Below are positions 22,922 through 36,912 of a DNA stretch of 43,616 bases, one piece after another. Location of the stretch: NCBI RefSeq assembly GCF_003334305.1, contig NZ_QOWS01000029.1; one strand, given 5' to 3'. The translations under genes were made by a program, and so were the position numbers. This DNA is from Escherichia coli. Its GTDB lineage: Bacteria; Pseudomonadota; Gammaproteobacteria; Enterobacterales; Enterobacteriaceae. The notes below the pieces were generated by a model, which worked only from the letters and a program-made list of their open reading frames with translations, was not told where the DNA came from and did no database searches. Numbering within the stretch: position 1 is the first letter of the stretch; each line of letters starts with the position of its first letter.

Positions 22922-25184
22922 CCTGGATCTCCTTCGACAGTTCGACAAAGAAGGCGCTGTATCCGGCAACGCGCACCACCAGCCCGGCATAATCTTGTGG
23001 GCGCTGTTGCGCTTCCCGCAACGTGTCGGCGTTCACCACGTTAAACTGAATATGTTGTAACTTAAGCTGGGTAAATGCCCGTAAGAAGTCGGCCAGTTTG
23101 CGTAATCCTGCTTCACCTTCCAGGGTCGCTGGAGTGAATTTCACGTTCAGCAACGTACCGTTAGACAGCAGCGTGTTATCGAGCTTACTGACTGACTTCA
23201 GTACCGCTGTTGGCCCTTGTGCGTCCTGGCCCAGCATGGGTGACAAGCCGCCGTCTGCCAGCTGTTCTCCGGCAAAACGACCGTCTGGCGTCGCTCCAAC
23301 CACCGATCCCAACGGGACGTGAGCAGAAACGGTATACGATCCCGGCGTGAAGTAGCCGCCGCGCGGGTTCTGGTATTTTTCCACTTCTTTGCAGTAGTGG
23401 CGTAACAGTTCGGCGCTGATGTTATCCACCTCGTCGATATCGTTACCGTATTTCTCGAAGCGGTTAATTAAGCGAGCACGGACTTTTTCGCCTTCTGGCG
23501 TTGCAAAGTTGGCTTTTAATACCGACAGCAATTCGTCAAAACTTAAACGCTGTTGCTCAAAAACCATCCCTTTCAACGCATGGAGAGAATCGCTCAGGTT
23601 GGCGATACCGATCCCCTGTACGCCGGAGAAGTTATAACGCGCGCCGCCATCGGTAATATCGCGGCCTTTTTCCAGACAATCGCTGATAAAAGACGAGAGC
23701 AGCGGTACAGGTGCCCAGTCGCGATGGCCGATATCACAAATATTGCTGCCCTCAACCATCAGGGTGATGTAGTGGCTGATCTTGGCGCGGATCTGCTCCA
23801 GTAAACCTTCATAAGTCAGCGCAGCATTGCCTTCATTTTCATACAGGCAGATTTCCATCACTTTCAGCAGATTAAACATCGCGATGTCATGCAAGCCGTA
23901 GGTTCTGCCGGGAATAGATAATTCCACACAGCCCACTACGGAATAGTCGCGCGCATCTTCCAGCGAAACGCCACGGTTGAGGAACGCTGGCACCACCACG
24001 TCATCGTTAAAGATTTGCGGAATACCGGTGCCGAGGCGAATGGTTTCGGCGGTTTTCATCAGGAACGGCGTGTCGATCAAGGCGTTAGTGCGCACGCCGA
24101 GGTTCGGTTGCGGTAATTGCACGCTTTGATAGGCGTCAAGGCAAAGGAACGAAAGCACGTTCACCGCGCTACGTCCGTTCTCGGTTAACCCGCCGAGCAG
24201 TGCGGTATAGCCGGTCGGGAAACCGGCGAAATAACGCGCGCTACTGGTGGAGCGCAACAGCACGATGTCGTTGCATTTCACCCATAAAGATTCGAGCAGT
24301 TCTTTCAGGAACGCCGCATCTTCGCCCTGGGTTAATGATGTCTGATAGAACGGCAACATATACTGGTCGAAGCGCCCCAACGATAGCGAACTGGCGTTGG
24401 ATTCGTATTGCAGAATGATGTTCATGTACCAGAATAACTGGCACGCCTGCCAGAACGTCTGCGGCTTATGTTGCGCGTTATGGCGGGAGATCTCCGCAAT
24501 AGTCAGCAGCTCTTCGCGACGCTGGGCATCTGTGCAGTTTGCCGCCATCGTTTCCGCCAGTTCGGCGTAACGCAAAATGTGTTTCTGCGAGGCTTCCAGC
24601 AGTAACAGCGCTGCCTGATAAAAGTGATTCTCCGGCTGTTGCTGACAATGTTGCTGCATCTGTGCCACCAGCTCCCCCAGCCCGTGATTCAACAGGCGTG
24701 GGTAATCAATAATAATGTGCCCCTGGCCTTTATCTGTCTGGTTGATGCTGAAAATCTGCGTGCTGGTCGCGGCTTTTACTTCATCTGTCATCTGCCCGTT
24801 GATGAAATCTTTCATCGAACGTTTTTCCCAGTACGGGAACAACTCTTCGCGGTAGATACGTTTATCTTCTTCGCTGATAGCAAAGCGGTCCTGCGGACGC
24901 GTCGGGAATTGATCCAGCTCTTTCAGCAGCCAGTAAGGGTCCATTTCCGGCGACATAATCCCGGCGCGCGGTTTTACGGTGCGGTTACCGGCAATCAGTT
25001 CTTCATCACGAATCGAAATTTCAACATGTTCAAGGATATACGCTGTTGCCTTCGCCCGGCGCAATATCACCGGTTCGCCTTCGGTTTGCCGATGGCTGGC
25101 GGTATAAAGCAGCGCCCGCTCCAGCGAGATTTCACGGGTATTGGAAAACAGTGCAGTTTTGAGGCGAGAGATACGATTCGTCAT
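22887..25184 (-). CDS. pflD: Formate acetyltransferase 2-like glycyl radical enzyme
   Basis: 765-aa ORF with C-terminal glycyl-radical motif (VVRVAGYSAFF) and active-site Cys region (GCVE). Confidence 0.9.
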   Translation of the reverse strand: MTNRISRLKTALFSNTREISLERALLYTASHRQTEGEPVILRRAKATAYILEHVEISIRDEELIAGNRTVKPRAGIMSPEMDPYWLLKELDQFPTRPQDRFAISEEDKRIYREELFPYWEKRSMKDFINGQMTDEVKAATSTQIFSINQTDKGQGHIIIDYPRLLNHGLGELVAQMQQHCQQQPENHFYQAALLLLEASQKHILRYAELAETMAANCTDAQRREELLTIAEISRHNAQHKPQTFWQACQLFWYMNIILQYESNASSLSLGRFDQYMLPFYQTSLTQGEDAAFLKELLESLWVKCNDIVLLRSTSSARYFAGFPTGYTALLGGLTENGRSAVNVLSFLCLDAYQSVQLPQPNLGVRTNALIDTPFLMKTAETIRLGTGIPQIFNDDVVVPAFLNRGVSLEDARDYSVVGCVELSIPGRTYGLHDIAMFNLLKVMEICLYENEGNAALTYEGLLEQIRAKISHYITLMVEGSNICDIGHRDWAPVPLLSSFISDCLEKGRDITDGGARYNFSGVQGIGIANLSDSLHALKGMVFEQQRLSFDELLSVLKANFATPEGEKVRARLINRFEKYGNDIDEVDNISAELLRHYCKEVEKYQNPRGGYFTPGSYTVSAHVPLGSVVGATPDGRFAGEQLADGGLSPMLGQDAQGPTAVLKSVSKLDNTLLSNGTLLNVKFTPATLEGEAGLRKLADFLRAFTQLKLQHIQFNVVNADTLREAQQRPQDYAGLVVRVAGYSAFFVELSKEIQDDIIRRTAHQL

Positions 25185-25234
25185 GAGGAACTCCTGTGGG
25201 AAAGCGAACCCGCCCTTGCGAGCGGGAGAAGAAC

Positions 25235-25555
25235 TTAAGCGGTTTGCGCCAGGTGAGCTTCAATTTTGCTCATAATGGCGTCAGCACGTTTTACCGCATC
25301 GCTGATGTTGACGCGCACGATGGTCTTGCCAGCAAAACGCTCTTCAAACTTGATGCCGATATCTTTGGTCAGAATCACCATATCGGCGCTCGCCACGTCT
25401 TCCGCAGTCAGTTCGTTTTCCAGACCAATTGACCCCTGAGTTTCTACTTTCACTTCCCAGCCTTTCGCTTTCGCGGCGCTTTCCAGCGCCTCTGCCGCCA
25501 TATAGGTATGGGCAACACCAGATGGACACGCGGTTACTGCAATAATTTTCGTCAT
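25235..25555 (-). CDS. frwB: PTS fructose-like IIB component
   Basis: 106-aa ORF MTKIIAVTACPSGVAHTYMAAEALE..., a paralogue of frwD. Confidence 0.85.
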   Translation of the reverse strand: MTKIIAVTACPSGVAHTYMAAEALESAAKAKGWEVKVETQGSIGLENELTAEDVASADMVILTKDIGIKFEERFAGKTIVRVNISDAVKRADAIMSKIEAHLAQTA

Positions 25556-25569
25556 GGCTCGTTCCTCAA

Positions 25570-26649
25570 TTAATTAATTTCAAAATCCAAATCCAGGTCG
25601 TCTTCCTTCTCATCAGTCGAAGACCCATTTTTACGCGCCAGACTTTTCAGCACGTTCACGCAAACAGCCGTCACCACTGCTCCGACAGCCACTGCTGCGA
25701 TATAACCCAGCTTGCCTTCAACCACCGGCAGCACAATCAGACCACCCCAGCCTGCATAGCACTGCGCACCGACCAGCGCCGCAGTTACCGCACCACAAAC
25801 AGAACCGACCATGATGGAAGGAATGACACGCAGCGGATCGGCAGCGGCGAAAGGAATCGCCCCTTCAGTAACCCCAACGCACCCCATCACCAGCGCCGCT
25901 TTGCCGGTTTCGCGCTCTTCTGCGGAGAAATTTTTACGACCAATCAGCGTCGCCAGCCCCATCCCCAGCGGCGGGATACAAATACCCACGGCAGCAATGG
26001 CCACCACGGTATAAACACCCTGAGCAACGCAAATCAGCATGAAGGCATAGGCCACTTTGTTAACCGGACCGCCCATATCGAACGCCAGCATCAGACCCAT
26101 GATCACCGCCAGCATAACAATGCTGCCCTGCTGCATCCCCTGAAGCCACTGAGTCAGGCTGTTGGTCAACGCCCCTACAGGCTCGCCCAAGCCCCACATC
26201 ATGATGCCTGCGGTAATCAGTGTGCCGACGATAGGAATAATGAAGATAGGCATCACCGAGCGCAGAACTTTATGCACCGGAATTTTCTTCAGGTAATGCA
26301 CCACGATGCCGCCGATAATCCCGGCGATCAGCGCACCAAAGAAGCCCGCACCAAAGCTGTTACCAACCCAGGCACCGATAGCGCACGGGGCCAGCGCAGA
26401 ACGCTCTGCAATGGAGTAACCGATGTAAGCGGCGAGGAAAGGCACCATCAGCGTCAAACCTGCAACGCCGATATCAAACAGTTTTTTCAGATTCGGATCG
26501 GCTACGGCATCCGGCACTGCGCCTTTGCCATACAACATGACGGAAACCGCCAGCAAAATACCGCCCGATACCACGAAGGGAATCATGTGTGAAACGCCCG
26601 TCATTAAATGCTGACGGGTATTTTTCAGGATCTGCACCAACTCATTCAT
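25570..26649 (-). CDS. frwC: PTS fructose-like IIC permease component
   Basis: 359-aa polytopic membrane protein with IIC-Fru-type motifs. Confidence 0.85.
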   Translation of the reverse strand: MNELVQILKNTRQHLMTGVSHMIPFVVSGGILLAVSVMLYGKGAVPDAVADPNLKKLFDIGVAGLTLMVPFLAAYIGYSIAERSALAPCAIGAWVGNSFGAGFFGALIAGIIGGIVVHYLKKIPVHKVLRSVMPIFIIPIVGTLITAGIMMWGLGEPVGALTNSLTQWLQGMQQGSIVMLAVIMGLMLAFDMGGPVNKVAYAFMLICVAQGVYTVVAIAAVGICIPPLGMGLATLIGRKNFSAEERETGKAALVMGCVGVTEGAIPFAAADPLRVIPSIMVGSVCGAVTAALVGAQCYAGWGGLIVLPVVEGKLGYIAAVAVGAVVTAVCVNVLKSLARKNGSSTDEKEDDLDLDFEIN

Positions 26650-26957
26650 AAGCTGCTCCCGGGCTTGCGAAAGCCCATGTCCATATTTTTGATGGAGGAA
26701 ACAATAGGCAATCGCAGGCGGAGCAAACAGTGGATAAAAAGGCCATTTACTGGACTTTTGTAATATCAGTACAAAAATGCGATCCGCCTCATAACTTGCG
26801 ATAATCCGGAAGCATGCCGCAAAACGGCGTCTTGTGAGACGCGTCGCAAATTGACGGTTACATTACATTTGTCCAGCTTTTGGCAGATTTGTCACATGGC
26901 AGGCCGTTGCCGTGCGCTCTTATCCTGTAAACAGAAAACCGTACCGGGAGAGAGGCA

Positions 26958-29459
26958 ATGGCCCTGATTGTGGAATTTATTTGTGAGCTACCTAACGGCG
27001 TACATGCACGTCCGGCAAGCCACGTTGAAACGCTGTGTAATACTTTTTCATCACAAATTGAGTGGCATAACCTGCGCACTGACCGCAAGGGCAACGCCAA
27101 AAGCGCCCTTGCGCTGATTGGCACCGATACGCTGGCGGGCGATAACTGCCAGTTACTGATTTCCGGGGCCGACGAACAGGAAGCGCACCAGCGTTTAAGC
27201 CAATGGCTGCGCGATGAATTCCCCCACTGCGATGCGCCGCTGGCGGAAGTTAAATCTGACGAACTGGAACCACTGCCGGTTTCACTGACCAATCTGAATC
27301 CGCAAATTATCCGCGCCCGCACCGTGTGCAGCGGTAGTGCAGGCGGCATTCTGACGCCGATCTCTTCTTTAGATCTCAATGCGCTGGGTAATCTTCCCGC
27401 AGCCAAAAGCGTTGACGCCGAGCAATCCGCACTGGAAAACGGCCTGACGCTGGTACTGAAAAACATTGAGTTTCGTCTGCTGGATAGCGACGGTGCCACC
27501 AGCGCGATTCTGGAAGCGCACCGATCCCTGGCTGGCGATACTTCCCTGCGCGAACATTTACTGGCAGGCGTCAGCGCCGGATTAAGCTGCGCCGAAGCGA
27601 TTGTCACCAGTGCGAATCACTTTTGCGAAGAGTTCGCCCGTTCCAGCAGCAGCTACCTGCAAGAACGTGCCCTGGACGTACGCGACGTCTGCTTCCAGTT
27701 ACTCCAGCAAATCTACGGTGAGCAACGCTTCCCGGCACCGGGCAAACTGACGCAGCCCGCCATTTGTATGGCTGATGAACTGACTCCCAGCCAGTTCCTC
27801 GAACTGGATAAAAATCACCTCAAAGGTCTGTTACTGAAAAGTGGCGGCACCACCTCACATACCGTAATTCTTGCCCGTTCGTTCAACATTCCGACACTGG
27901 TTGGTGTAGATATTGATGCCCTTACTCCGTGGCAGCATCAAACGATTTATATCGACGGCAACGCTGGGGCGATTGTGGTTGAGCCAGGAGAAGCCGTAGC
28001 TCGTTATTATCAGCAAGAAGCCCGCGTACAGGACGCCCTGCGTGAGCAACAGCGTGTCTGGCTGACCCAACAAGCCCGTACCGCTGACGGTATCCGCATT
28101 GAAATTGCCGCTAACATCGCTCACTCCGTGGAAGCGCAGGCCGCATTCGGCAATGGTGCGGAAGGCGTTGGTTTGTTCCGCACTGAAATGCTCTATATGG
28201 ATCGCACCAGTGCACCGGGCGAAAGCGAGCTGTACAACATTTTTTGTCAGGCGCTGGAGTCTGCCAACGGACGCAGCATTATTGTGCGCACTATGGACAT
28301 TGGCGGCGACAAACCCGTTGATTATCTGAACATTCCGGCAGAAGCTAACCCGTTCCTCGGTTATCGCGCTGTGCGTATTTATGAAGAATACGCCTCGCTG
28401 TTCACCACACAACTACGGTCGATCCTGCGCGCCTCCGCTCACGGCAGCCTGAAAATCATGATCCCGATGATCTCCTCAATGGAAGAGATCTTATGGGTGA
28501 AAGAAAAACTGGCGGAAGCCAAACAGCAACTGCGTAACGAACACATTCCGTTTGATGAGAAGATCCAGCTTGGCATTATGCTGGAAGTACCGTCGGTGAT
28601 GTTCATCATCGATCAATGCTGCGAAGAGATTGATTTCTTTAGTATTGGTAGTAATGACCTGACGCAATATCTGCTGGCAGTGGATCGCGATAACGCTAAG
28701 GTTACTCGTCACTACAACAGCCTGAATCCGGCATTCTTGCGGGCGCTCGATTACGCCGTGCAGGCGGTGCATCGCCAGGGCAAATGGATTGGTCTGTGCG
28801 GTGAGCTGGGAGCGAAAGGTTCCGTGCTGCCGTTGCTGGTCGGCTTAGGGCTGGATGAACTCAGCATGAGCGCACCATCAATTCCGGCGGCGAAAGCGCG
28901 GATGGCGCAACTTGATAGCCGTGAGTGCCGCAAGTTGCTCAACCAAGCAATGGCCTGCCGTACTTCGCTGGAAGTGGAACACCTGCTGGCGCAATTCCGC
29001 ATGACCCAACAGGACGCACCGCTGGTCACCGCCGAGTGCATCACGCTGGAAAGTGACTGGCGCAGCAAAGAAGAAGTGCTCAAAGGCATGACCGATAACC
29101 TGCTGCTGGCGGGCCGCTGCCGCTATCCGCGTAAACTGGAAGCCGACTTATGGGCGCGCGAGGCCGTTTTCTCTACCGGTCTGGGCTTTAGTTTTGCCAT
29201 TCCACACAGCAAATCAGAACACATTGAGCAATCCACCATCAGCGTGGCGCGTCTGCAAGCGCCGGTGCGCTGGGGCGATGATGAAGCGCAATTCATCATT
29301 ATGTTAACCCTGAACAAACACGCTGCGGGCGATCAGCACATGCGCATTTTCTCGCGCCTCGCTCGCCGCATCATGCACGAAGAATTCCGTAACGCGCTGG
29401 TTAACGCCGCCTCTGCCGACGCTATCGCCAGCCTGCTGCAACATGAACTGGAACTGTAA
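26958..29459 (+). CDS. ptsA: Multidomain PTS protein (HPr-like + Enzyme I-like + IIA-like)
   Basis: 833-aa ORF: N-terminal HPr-like His motif (GVHARPASH), central Enzyme I/PEP-utilising domains ([13 protein letters not shown], ...IGSNDLTQY...), C-terminal IIA-like region (FAIPHSK). Confidence 0.9.
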   Translation: MALIVEFICELPNGVHARPASHVETLCNTFSSQIEWHNLRTDRKGNAKSALALIGTDTLAGDNCQLLISGADEQEAHQRLSQWLRDEFPHCDAPLAEVKSDELEPLPVSLTNLNPQIIRARTVCSGSAGGILTPISSLDLNALGNLPAAKSVDAEQSALENGLTLVLKNIEFRLLDSDGATSAILEAHRSLAGDTSLREHLLAGVSAGLSCAEAIVTSANHFCEEFARSSSSYLQERALDVRDVCFQLLQQIYGEQRFPAPGKLTQPAICMADELTPSQFLELDKNHLKGLLLKSGGTTSHTVILARSFNIPTLVGVDIDALTPWQHQTIYIDGNAGAIVVEPGEAVARYYQQEARVQDALREQQRVWLTQQARTADGIRIEIAANIAHSVEAQAAFGNGAEGVGLFRTEMLYMDRTSAPGESELYNIFCQALESANGRSIIVRTMDIGGDKPVDYLNIPAEANPFLGYRAVRIYEEYASLFTTQLRSILRASAHGSLKIMIPMISSMEEILWVKEKLAEAKQQLRNEHIPFDEKIQLGIMLEVPSVMFIIDQCCEEIDFFSIGSNDLTQYLLAVDRDNAKVTRHYNSLNPAFLRALDYAVQAVHRQGKWIGLCGELGAKGSVLPLLVGLGLDELSMSAPSIPAAKARMAQLDSRECRKLLNQAMACRTSLEVEHLLAQFRMTQQDAPLVTAECITLESDWRSKEEVLKGMTDNLLLAGRCRYPRKLEADLWAREAVFSTGLGFSFAIPHSKSEHIEQSTISVARLQAPVRWGDDEAQFIIMLTLNKHAAGDQHMRIFSRLARRIMHEEFRNALVNAASADAIASLLQHELEL

Positions 29460-29470
29460 AAGGAAACATC

Positions 29471-30133
29471 ATGGAACTGTATCTGGACACCGCTAACGTC
29501 GCAGAAGTCGAACGTCTGGCACGCATATTCCCGATTGCCGGGGTGACAACTAACCCGAGCATTATCGCTGCCAGCAAGGAGTCCATCTGGGAAGTGCTGC
29601 CGCGTCTGCAAAAAGCGATTGGTGATGAGGGCATTCTGTTTGCTCAGACCATGAGCCGCGACGCGCAGGGGATGGTGGAAGAAGCGAAGCGTCTGCGCGA
29701 CGCCATTCCGGGCATTGTGGTGAAAATCCCGGTGACTTCCGAAGGTCTGGCAGCAATTAAAATACTGAAAAAAGAGGGTATTACTACGCTTGGCACCGCA
29801 GTGTACAGTGCTGCACAAGGGTTACTGGCCGCGCTGGCAGGGGCAAAATACGTTGCTCCGTATGTTAACCGCGTAGATGCCCAGGGCGGGGACGGCATTC
29901 GTACGGTTCAGGAGCTGCAAGCGCTGTTAGAAATGCACGCACCAGAAAGCATGGTGCTGGCGGCCAGCTTTAAAACGCCGCGTCAGGCGCTGGACTGTTT
30001 ACTGGCAGGATGTGAATCCATCACCCTGCCCTTAGATGTAGCGCAACAAATGCTCAACACCCCTGCGGTAGAGTCAGCTATAGAGAAGTTCGAACACGAC
30101 TGGAATGCCGCATTTGGCACTACTCATCTCTAA
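29471..30133 (+). CDS. fsaB: Fructose-6-phosphate aldolase 2
   Basis: 220-aa transaldolase-like [19 protein letters not shown]...GVTTNPSII with Schiff-base Lys context (VVKIPVT). Confidence 0.9.
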
Positions 30134-30143
30134 AGGAGCAATT

Positions 30144-31247
30144 ATGGACCGCATTATTCAATCACCGGGTAAATACATCCAGGGCGCTGATGTGATTAAT
30201 CGTCTGGGCGAATACCTGAAGCCGCTGGCAGAACGCTGGTTAGTGGTGGGTGACAAATTTGTTTTAGGTTTTGCTCAATCCACTGTCGAGAAAAGCTTTA
30301 AAGATGCTGGACTGGTAGTAGAAATTGCGCCGTTTGGCGGTGAATGTTCGCAAAATGAGATCGACCGTCTGCGTGGCATCGCGGAGACTGCGCAGTGTGG
30401 CGCAATTCTCGGTATCGGTGGCGGAAAAACCCTCGATACTGCCAAAGCACTGGCACATTTCATGGGTGTTCCGGTAGCGATCGCACCGACTATCGCCTCT
30501 ACCGATGCACCGTGCAGCGCATTGTCTGTTATCTACACCGATGAGGGTGAGTTTGACCGCTATCTGCTGTTGCCAAATAACCCGAATATGGTCATTGTCG
30601 ACACCAAAATCGTCGCGGGCGCACCTGCACGTCTGTTAGCAGCGGGTATCGGCGATGCGCTGGCAACCTGGTTTGAAGCGCGTGCTTGCTCTCGTAGCGG
30701 CGCGACCACCATGGCGGGCGGCAAGTGCACCCAGGCGGCGCTGGCACTGGCTGAACTGTGCTACAACACCCTGCTGGAAGAAGGCGAAAAAGCGATGCTT
30801 GCCGCCGAACAGCATGTAGTAACCCCGGCGCTGGAGCGCGTGATTGAAGCGAACACCTATTTGAGCGGCGTTGGTTTTGAAAGCGGCGGGCTGGCGGCGG
30901 CTCACGCGGTGCATAACGGCCTGACCGCTATCCCGGACGCGCATCACTATTATCACGGTGAAAAAGTGGCATTTGGTACGCTGACGCAGCTGGTTCTGGA
31001 AAACGCACCGGTTGAGGAAATCGAAACCGTAGCTGCACTTAGCCATGCGGTAGGTTTGCCAATAACTCTCGCTCAACTGGATATTAAAGAAGATGTCCCG
31101 GCGAAAATGCGAATTGTGGCAGAAGCGGCATGTGCAGAAGGTGAAACCATTCACAACATGCCTGGCGGCGCGACGCCAGATCAGGTTTACGCCGCTCTGC
31201 TGGTAGCCGACCAGTACGGTCAGCGTTTCCTGCAAGAGTGGGAATAA
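30144..31247 (+). CDS. gldA: Glycerol dehydrogenase; start trimmed to [11 protein letters not shown] (367 aa)
   Basis: Iron-containing alcohol dehydrogenase family motifs ([13 protein letters not shown]); recognised as GldA. Confidence 0.9.
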
Positions 31248-31256
31248 CCTACTCCA

Positions 31257-31283
31257 AACTCCCGGCTTGTCCGGGAGTTTGAA
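31257..31283 (+). terminator. Rho-independent terminator downstream of gldA
   Basis: Perfect hairpin aaactcccggcttgtccgggagttt 10 nt after the gldA stop. Confidence 0.6.
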
Positions 31284-31292
31284 CGCAAAATT

Positions 31293-31390
31293 GCCTGATG
31301 CGCTACGTTTATCAAGCCTACGAAATCTCTGCAATATATTGAATATGCGTGCTTTTGTAGGCCGGATAAGGCGTTCACTCCGCATCCGGC
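31293..31390. repeat. REP elements
   Basis: gcctgatgcgctacgtttatcaagcctac and gtaggccggataaggcgttcactccgcatccggc. Confidence 0.55.
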
Positions 31391-31521
31391 ACTCTGTGCC
31401 AGTAATCTGAAACTCCCACGTTGTTCAGGAGTTTTTTATCCGCTTCTGGACATTTTCTCCACAGAACAATCGTTAGCCCGGAAGGTCGAATCTGTGACTC
31501 TTATTTTCACGGACGAACCAG

Positions 31522-32139
31522 ATGAAAGCTTCACTGGCGCTGCTCAGCCTGCTAACGGCATTTACCAGCCACTCCTTAAAATCTCCCGCCGTTCCACCAA
31601 CCGTGGTACAAATCCAGGCCAATACCAACCTTGCCATCGCAGACGGTGCCAGACAGCAAATCGGCAGCACGCTATTTTACGATCCGGCGTATATGCAGCT
31701 TACCTATCCTGGCGGTGATGTCCCGCAAGAACGCGGGGTATGTTCCGATGTGGTGATCCGTGCATTGCGCAGCCAGAAGGTCGATTTGCAGAAACTGGTG
31801 CACGAAGATATGGCGAAGAATTTTGCCGAGTACCCGCAAAAATGGCAGTTAAAGCGCCCGGACAGCAACATCGATCACCGTCGGGTGCCTAATCTGGAAA
31901 CCTGGTTTACCCGCCACGATAAAACACGCCCCATCAGCAAGAACCCCAGTGACTATCAAGCGGGCGATATTGTCTCCTGGCGACTGGATAACGGACTGGC
32001 ACATATTGGGGTGGTGTCAGATGGCTTCGCCCGCGACGGTACGCCGCTGGTGATACATAACATTGGCGCAGGCGCGCAGGAAGAAGATGTGCTGTTTAGC
32101 TGGCGGATGGTGGGGCATTATCGTTATTTTGTTAAATAA
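31522..32139 (+). CDS. yijF: Secreted/periplasmic protein of unknown function (DUF1287-like)
   Basis: 205-aa ORF with N-terminal signal peptide MKASLALLSLLTAFTSHS; position matches yijF by synteny. Confidence 0.75.
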   Translation: MKASLALLSLLTAFTSHSLKSPAVPPTVVQIQANTNLAIADGARQQIGSTLFYDPAYMQLTYPGGDVPQERGVCSDVVIRALRSQKVDLQKLVHEDMAKNFAEYPQKWQLKRPDSNIDHRRVPNLETWFTRHDKTRPISKNPSDYQAGDIVSWRLDNGLAHIGVVSDGFARDGTPLVIHNIGAGAQEEDVLFSWRMVGHYRYFVK

Positions 32140-32165
32140 GCGATCGCCCCACATGAAGAAAAAAT

Positions 32166-33071
32166 TCAGATGCTTTTTACACTGACAGCTTCTTTTTTCT
32201 TACGGCTCACCAGCGCCAGTGCCAGCACAATCAGCACAATACCGCTACCTTCAACGGCCCCCGGATTCTCACCGAGCAGCCACCAGGAAAAGAGTACGCC
32301 GCAAACGGGAACGGCCAGCGTGCTTAAGCTGGCAATACTGGCAGGCAAGTTTTTCAATACAAACAACCATAAGCTCCACGCCAGCGCCGTCGCCAGAATC
32401 GCACTGTAGGCCAGCGCCCAGAACACGGTGGGCTGCCAGTCAATTTCACGTTGCGGCACCAGTAAAGCGACCACACTCATCACCAGCGCCGCATAGAGCA
32501 TCTGCCAGGATGTTAACGATAATAAATCCACGCGCGGATGACGGGTGTATAGGCGTTTAGCAACAATCGCGCTCGCCCCCCAACTGACGCCGGAGAGGAT
32601 TGCCAGCATGGCACTTTTCATTGAAGAGAAATCGAGTTGCCACGGCTGCAACACCAAAAATAAGCCGAAAGCGGCAATCAGTATCGCGAAATATTGCCCA
32701 CGTCGCAGGCGTTCACCGAGAAACAACGCGGCGAAAATCACCACCCAGAACGGCATGGTATAGCTTAGGATCGCCACCTTCCCCGCTCCGCCGCTGACCA
32801 GCGCCCACTGCGCCAGGCCAACCATCCCGCAGGTTTGTAACAGGGCAATGGCTAAGGTGTATTTAAACGGTGTCGGGCGCATTCCGCGACCACGTAATAA
32901 AAGGACGATGAATAAAACGAGAGCGCCGAAAATGCAGCGTAAGGCGGTAAAGTCGAAGGCACCGATGTAGCTGGTGACTTGCTTCATGAAAATCCAGCTA
33001 TAACTCCAGATAAGTGTGAGCACAACCAGGCCACTGATTGCCAGTGGGTTGCTCTTTCCTGCGGCAGACAT
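32166..33071 (-). CDS. yijE: EamA/DMT-family inner-membrane transporter; start uncertain (ORF extends to 33104)
   Basis: About 10 hydrophobic segments in two repeated halves, typical of DMT/EamA; position matches yijE by synteny. Confidence 0.8.
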   Translation of the reverse strand: MSAAGKSNPLAISGLVVLTLIWSYSWIFMKQVTSYIGAFDFTALRCIFGALVLFIVLLLRGRGMRPTPFKYTLAIALLQTCGMVGLAQWALVSGGAGKVAILSYTMPFWVVIFAALFLGERLRRGQYFAILIAAFGLFLVLQPWQLDFSSMKSAMLAILSGVSWGASAIVAKRLYTRHPRVDLLSLTSWQMLYAALVMSVVALLVPQREIDWQPTVFWALAYSAILATALAWSLWLFVLKNLPASIASLSTLAVPVCGVLFSWWLLGENPGAVEGSGIVLIVLALALVSRKKKEAVSVKSI

Positions 33072-33164
33072 GAGAGATCCAGTGTGTAGTTTTCCTGTGG
33101 ACACTATACGCCGGTAAAGAAACTTCAGCGACTGCCTGAAAGGCAGTCGCTGAAGAAGGTCAGA

Positions 33165-35460
<2,296 letters not shown>

Positions 35461-35673
35461 ATGTAGATCAAATTGATCGTAATTAAGCTTTTTTGATTAT
35501 GTCCGAATTCGGACAACTGCTTTATAAAAAAGGGTTTTAGATTCCTATTCTTCAAGGAAGGAGGGCGAAAACAAAGCTGACAACCTTATTTTTACGCCCT
35601 CATTTCGAGGCAGCATTTTGTGCTCTGTTTAAAATTTGTGATCACAGTGTGATTTTCACAAAAGCCACACTAT

Positions 35674-36567
<894 letters not shown>

Positions 36568-36615
36568 TTACCTCATCAATCGCTTGTAGTTATATGTTGT
36601 GTTGTGCACATCTAT

Positions 36616-36655
36616 CCATTTAGACGTCCAGATGTAAAGATGAAGGAAAAGCCGA
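36616..36655. promoter_or_regulatory. MetJ operator (tandem met boxes) upstream of metF
   Basis: Tandem 8-bp repeats gcacatct / atccattt / agacgtcc / agatgtaa related to the met-box consensus AGACGTCT. Confidence 0.5.
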
Positions 36656-36799
36656 AGGGCGTCAACCGAAAAATGACCAATGATGGTGAGGAAAAATCAG
36701 GGAAGATGAAAAAACTTCAGGATGGTAAGAAAAAGAAAATCCGGTATGCAAAGCAAACCGGACTGCAAATATAAACTAACCATGTACTTATTGCTTCTT

Positions 36800-36830
36800 G
36801 CCGGATTCGTCGTAAACGCTTCATCCGGCC
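36800..36830. repeat. REP-like palindrome downstream of metL
   Basis: gccggattcgtcgtaaacgcttcatccggcc. Confidence 0.45.
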
Positions 36831-36912
36831 TAATCCTATGATAATTCAATATATTTCATTAGAAACCATAGACCCGAAAACATGAGTACCGGGCATTATT
36901 AAATTTCTGAAA

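Noticed and set aside
26858-27607. 249-aa minus-strand ORF overlapping the ptsA start
   Set aside because: Antisense to ptsA, Ser/Ala/Arg-rich and without motifs. The ptsA frame is supported by HPr and Enzyme I motifs.
27855-28412. 185-aa minus-strand ORF inside ptsA
   Set aside because: Antisense to the ptsA Enzyme I domain; spurious.
30636-31385. 249-aa minus-strand ORF inside gldA
   Set aside because: Antisense to gldA and extends through the gldA terminator and REP elements; spurious.
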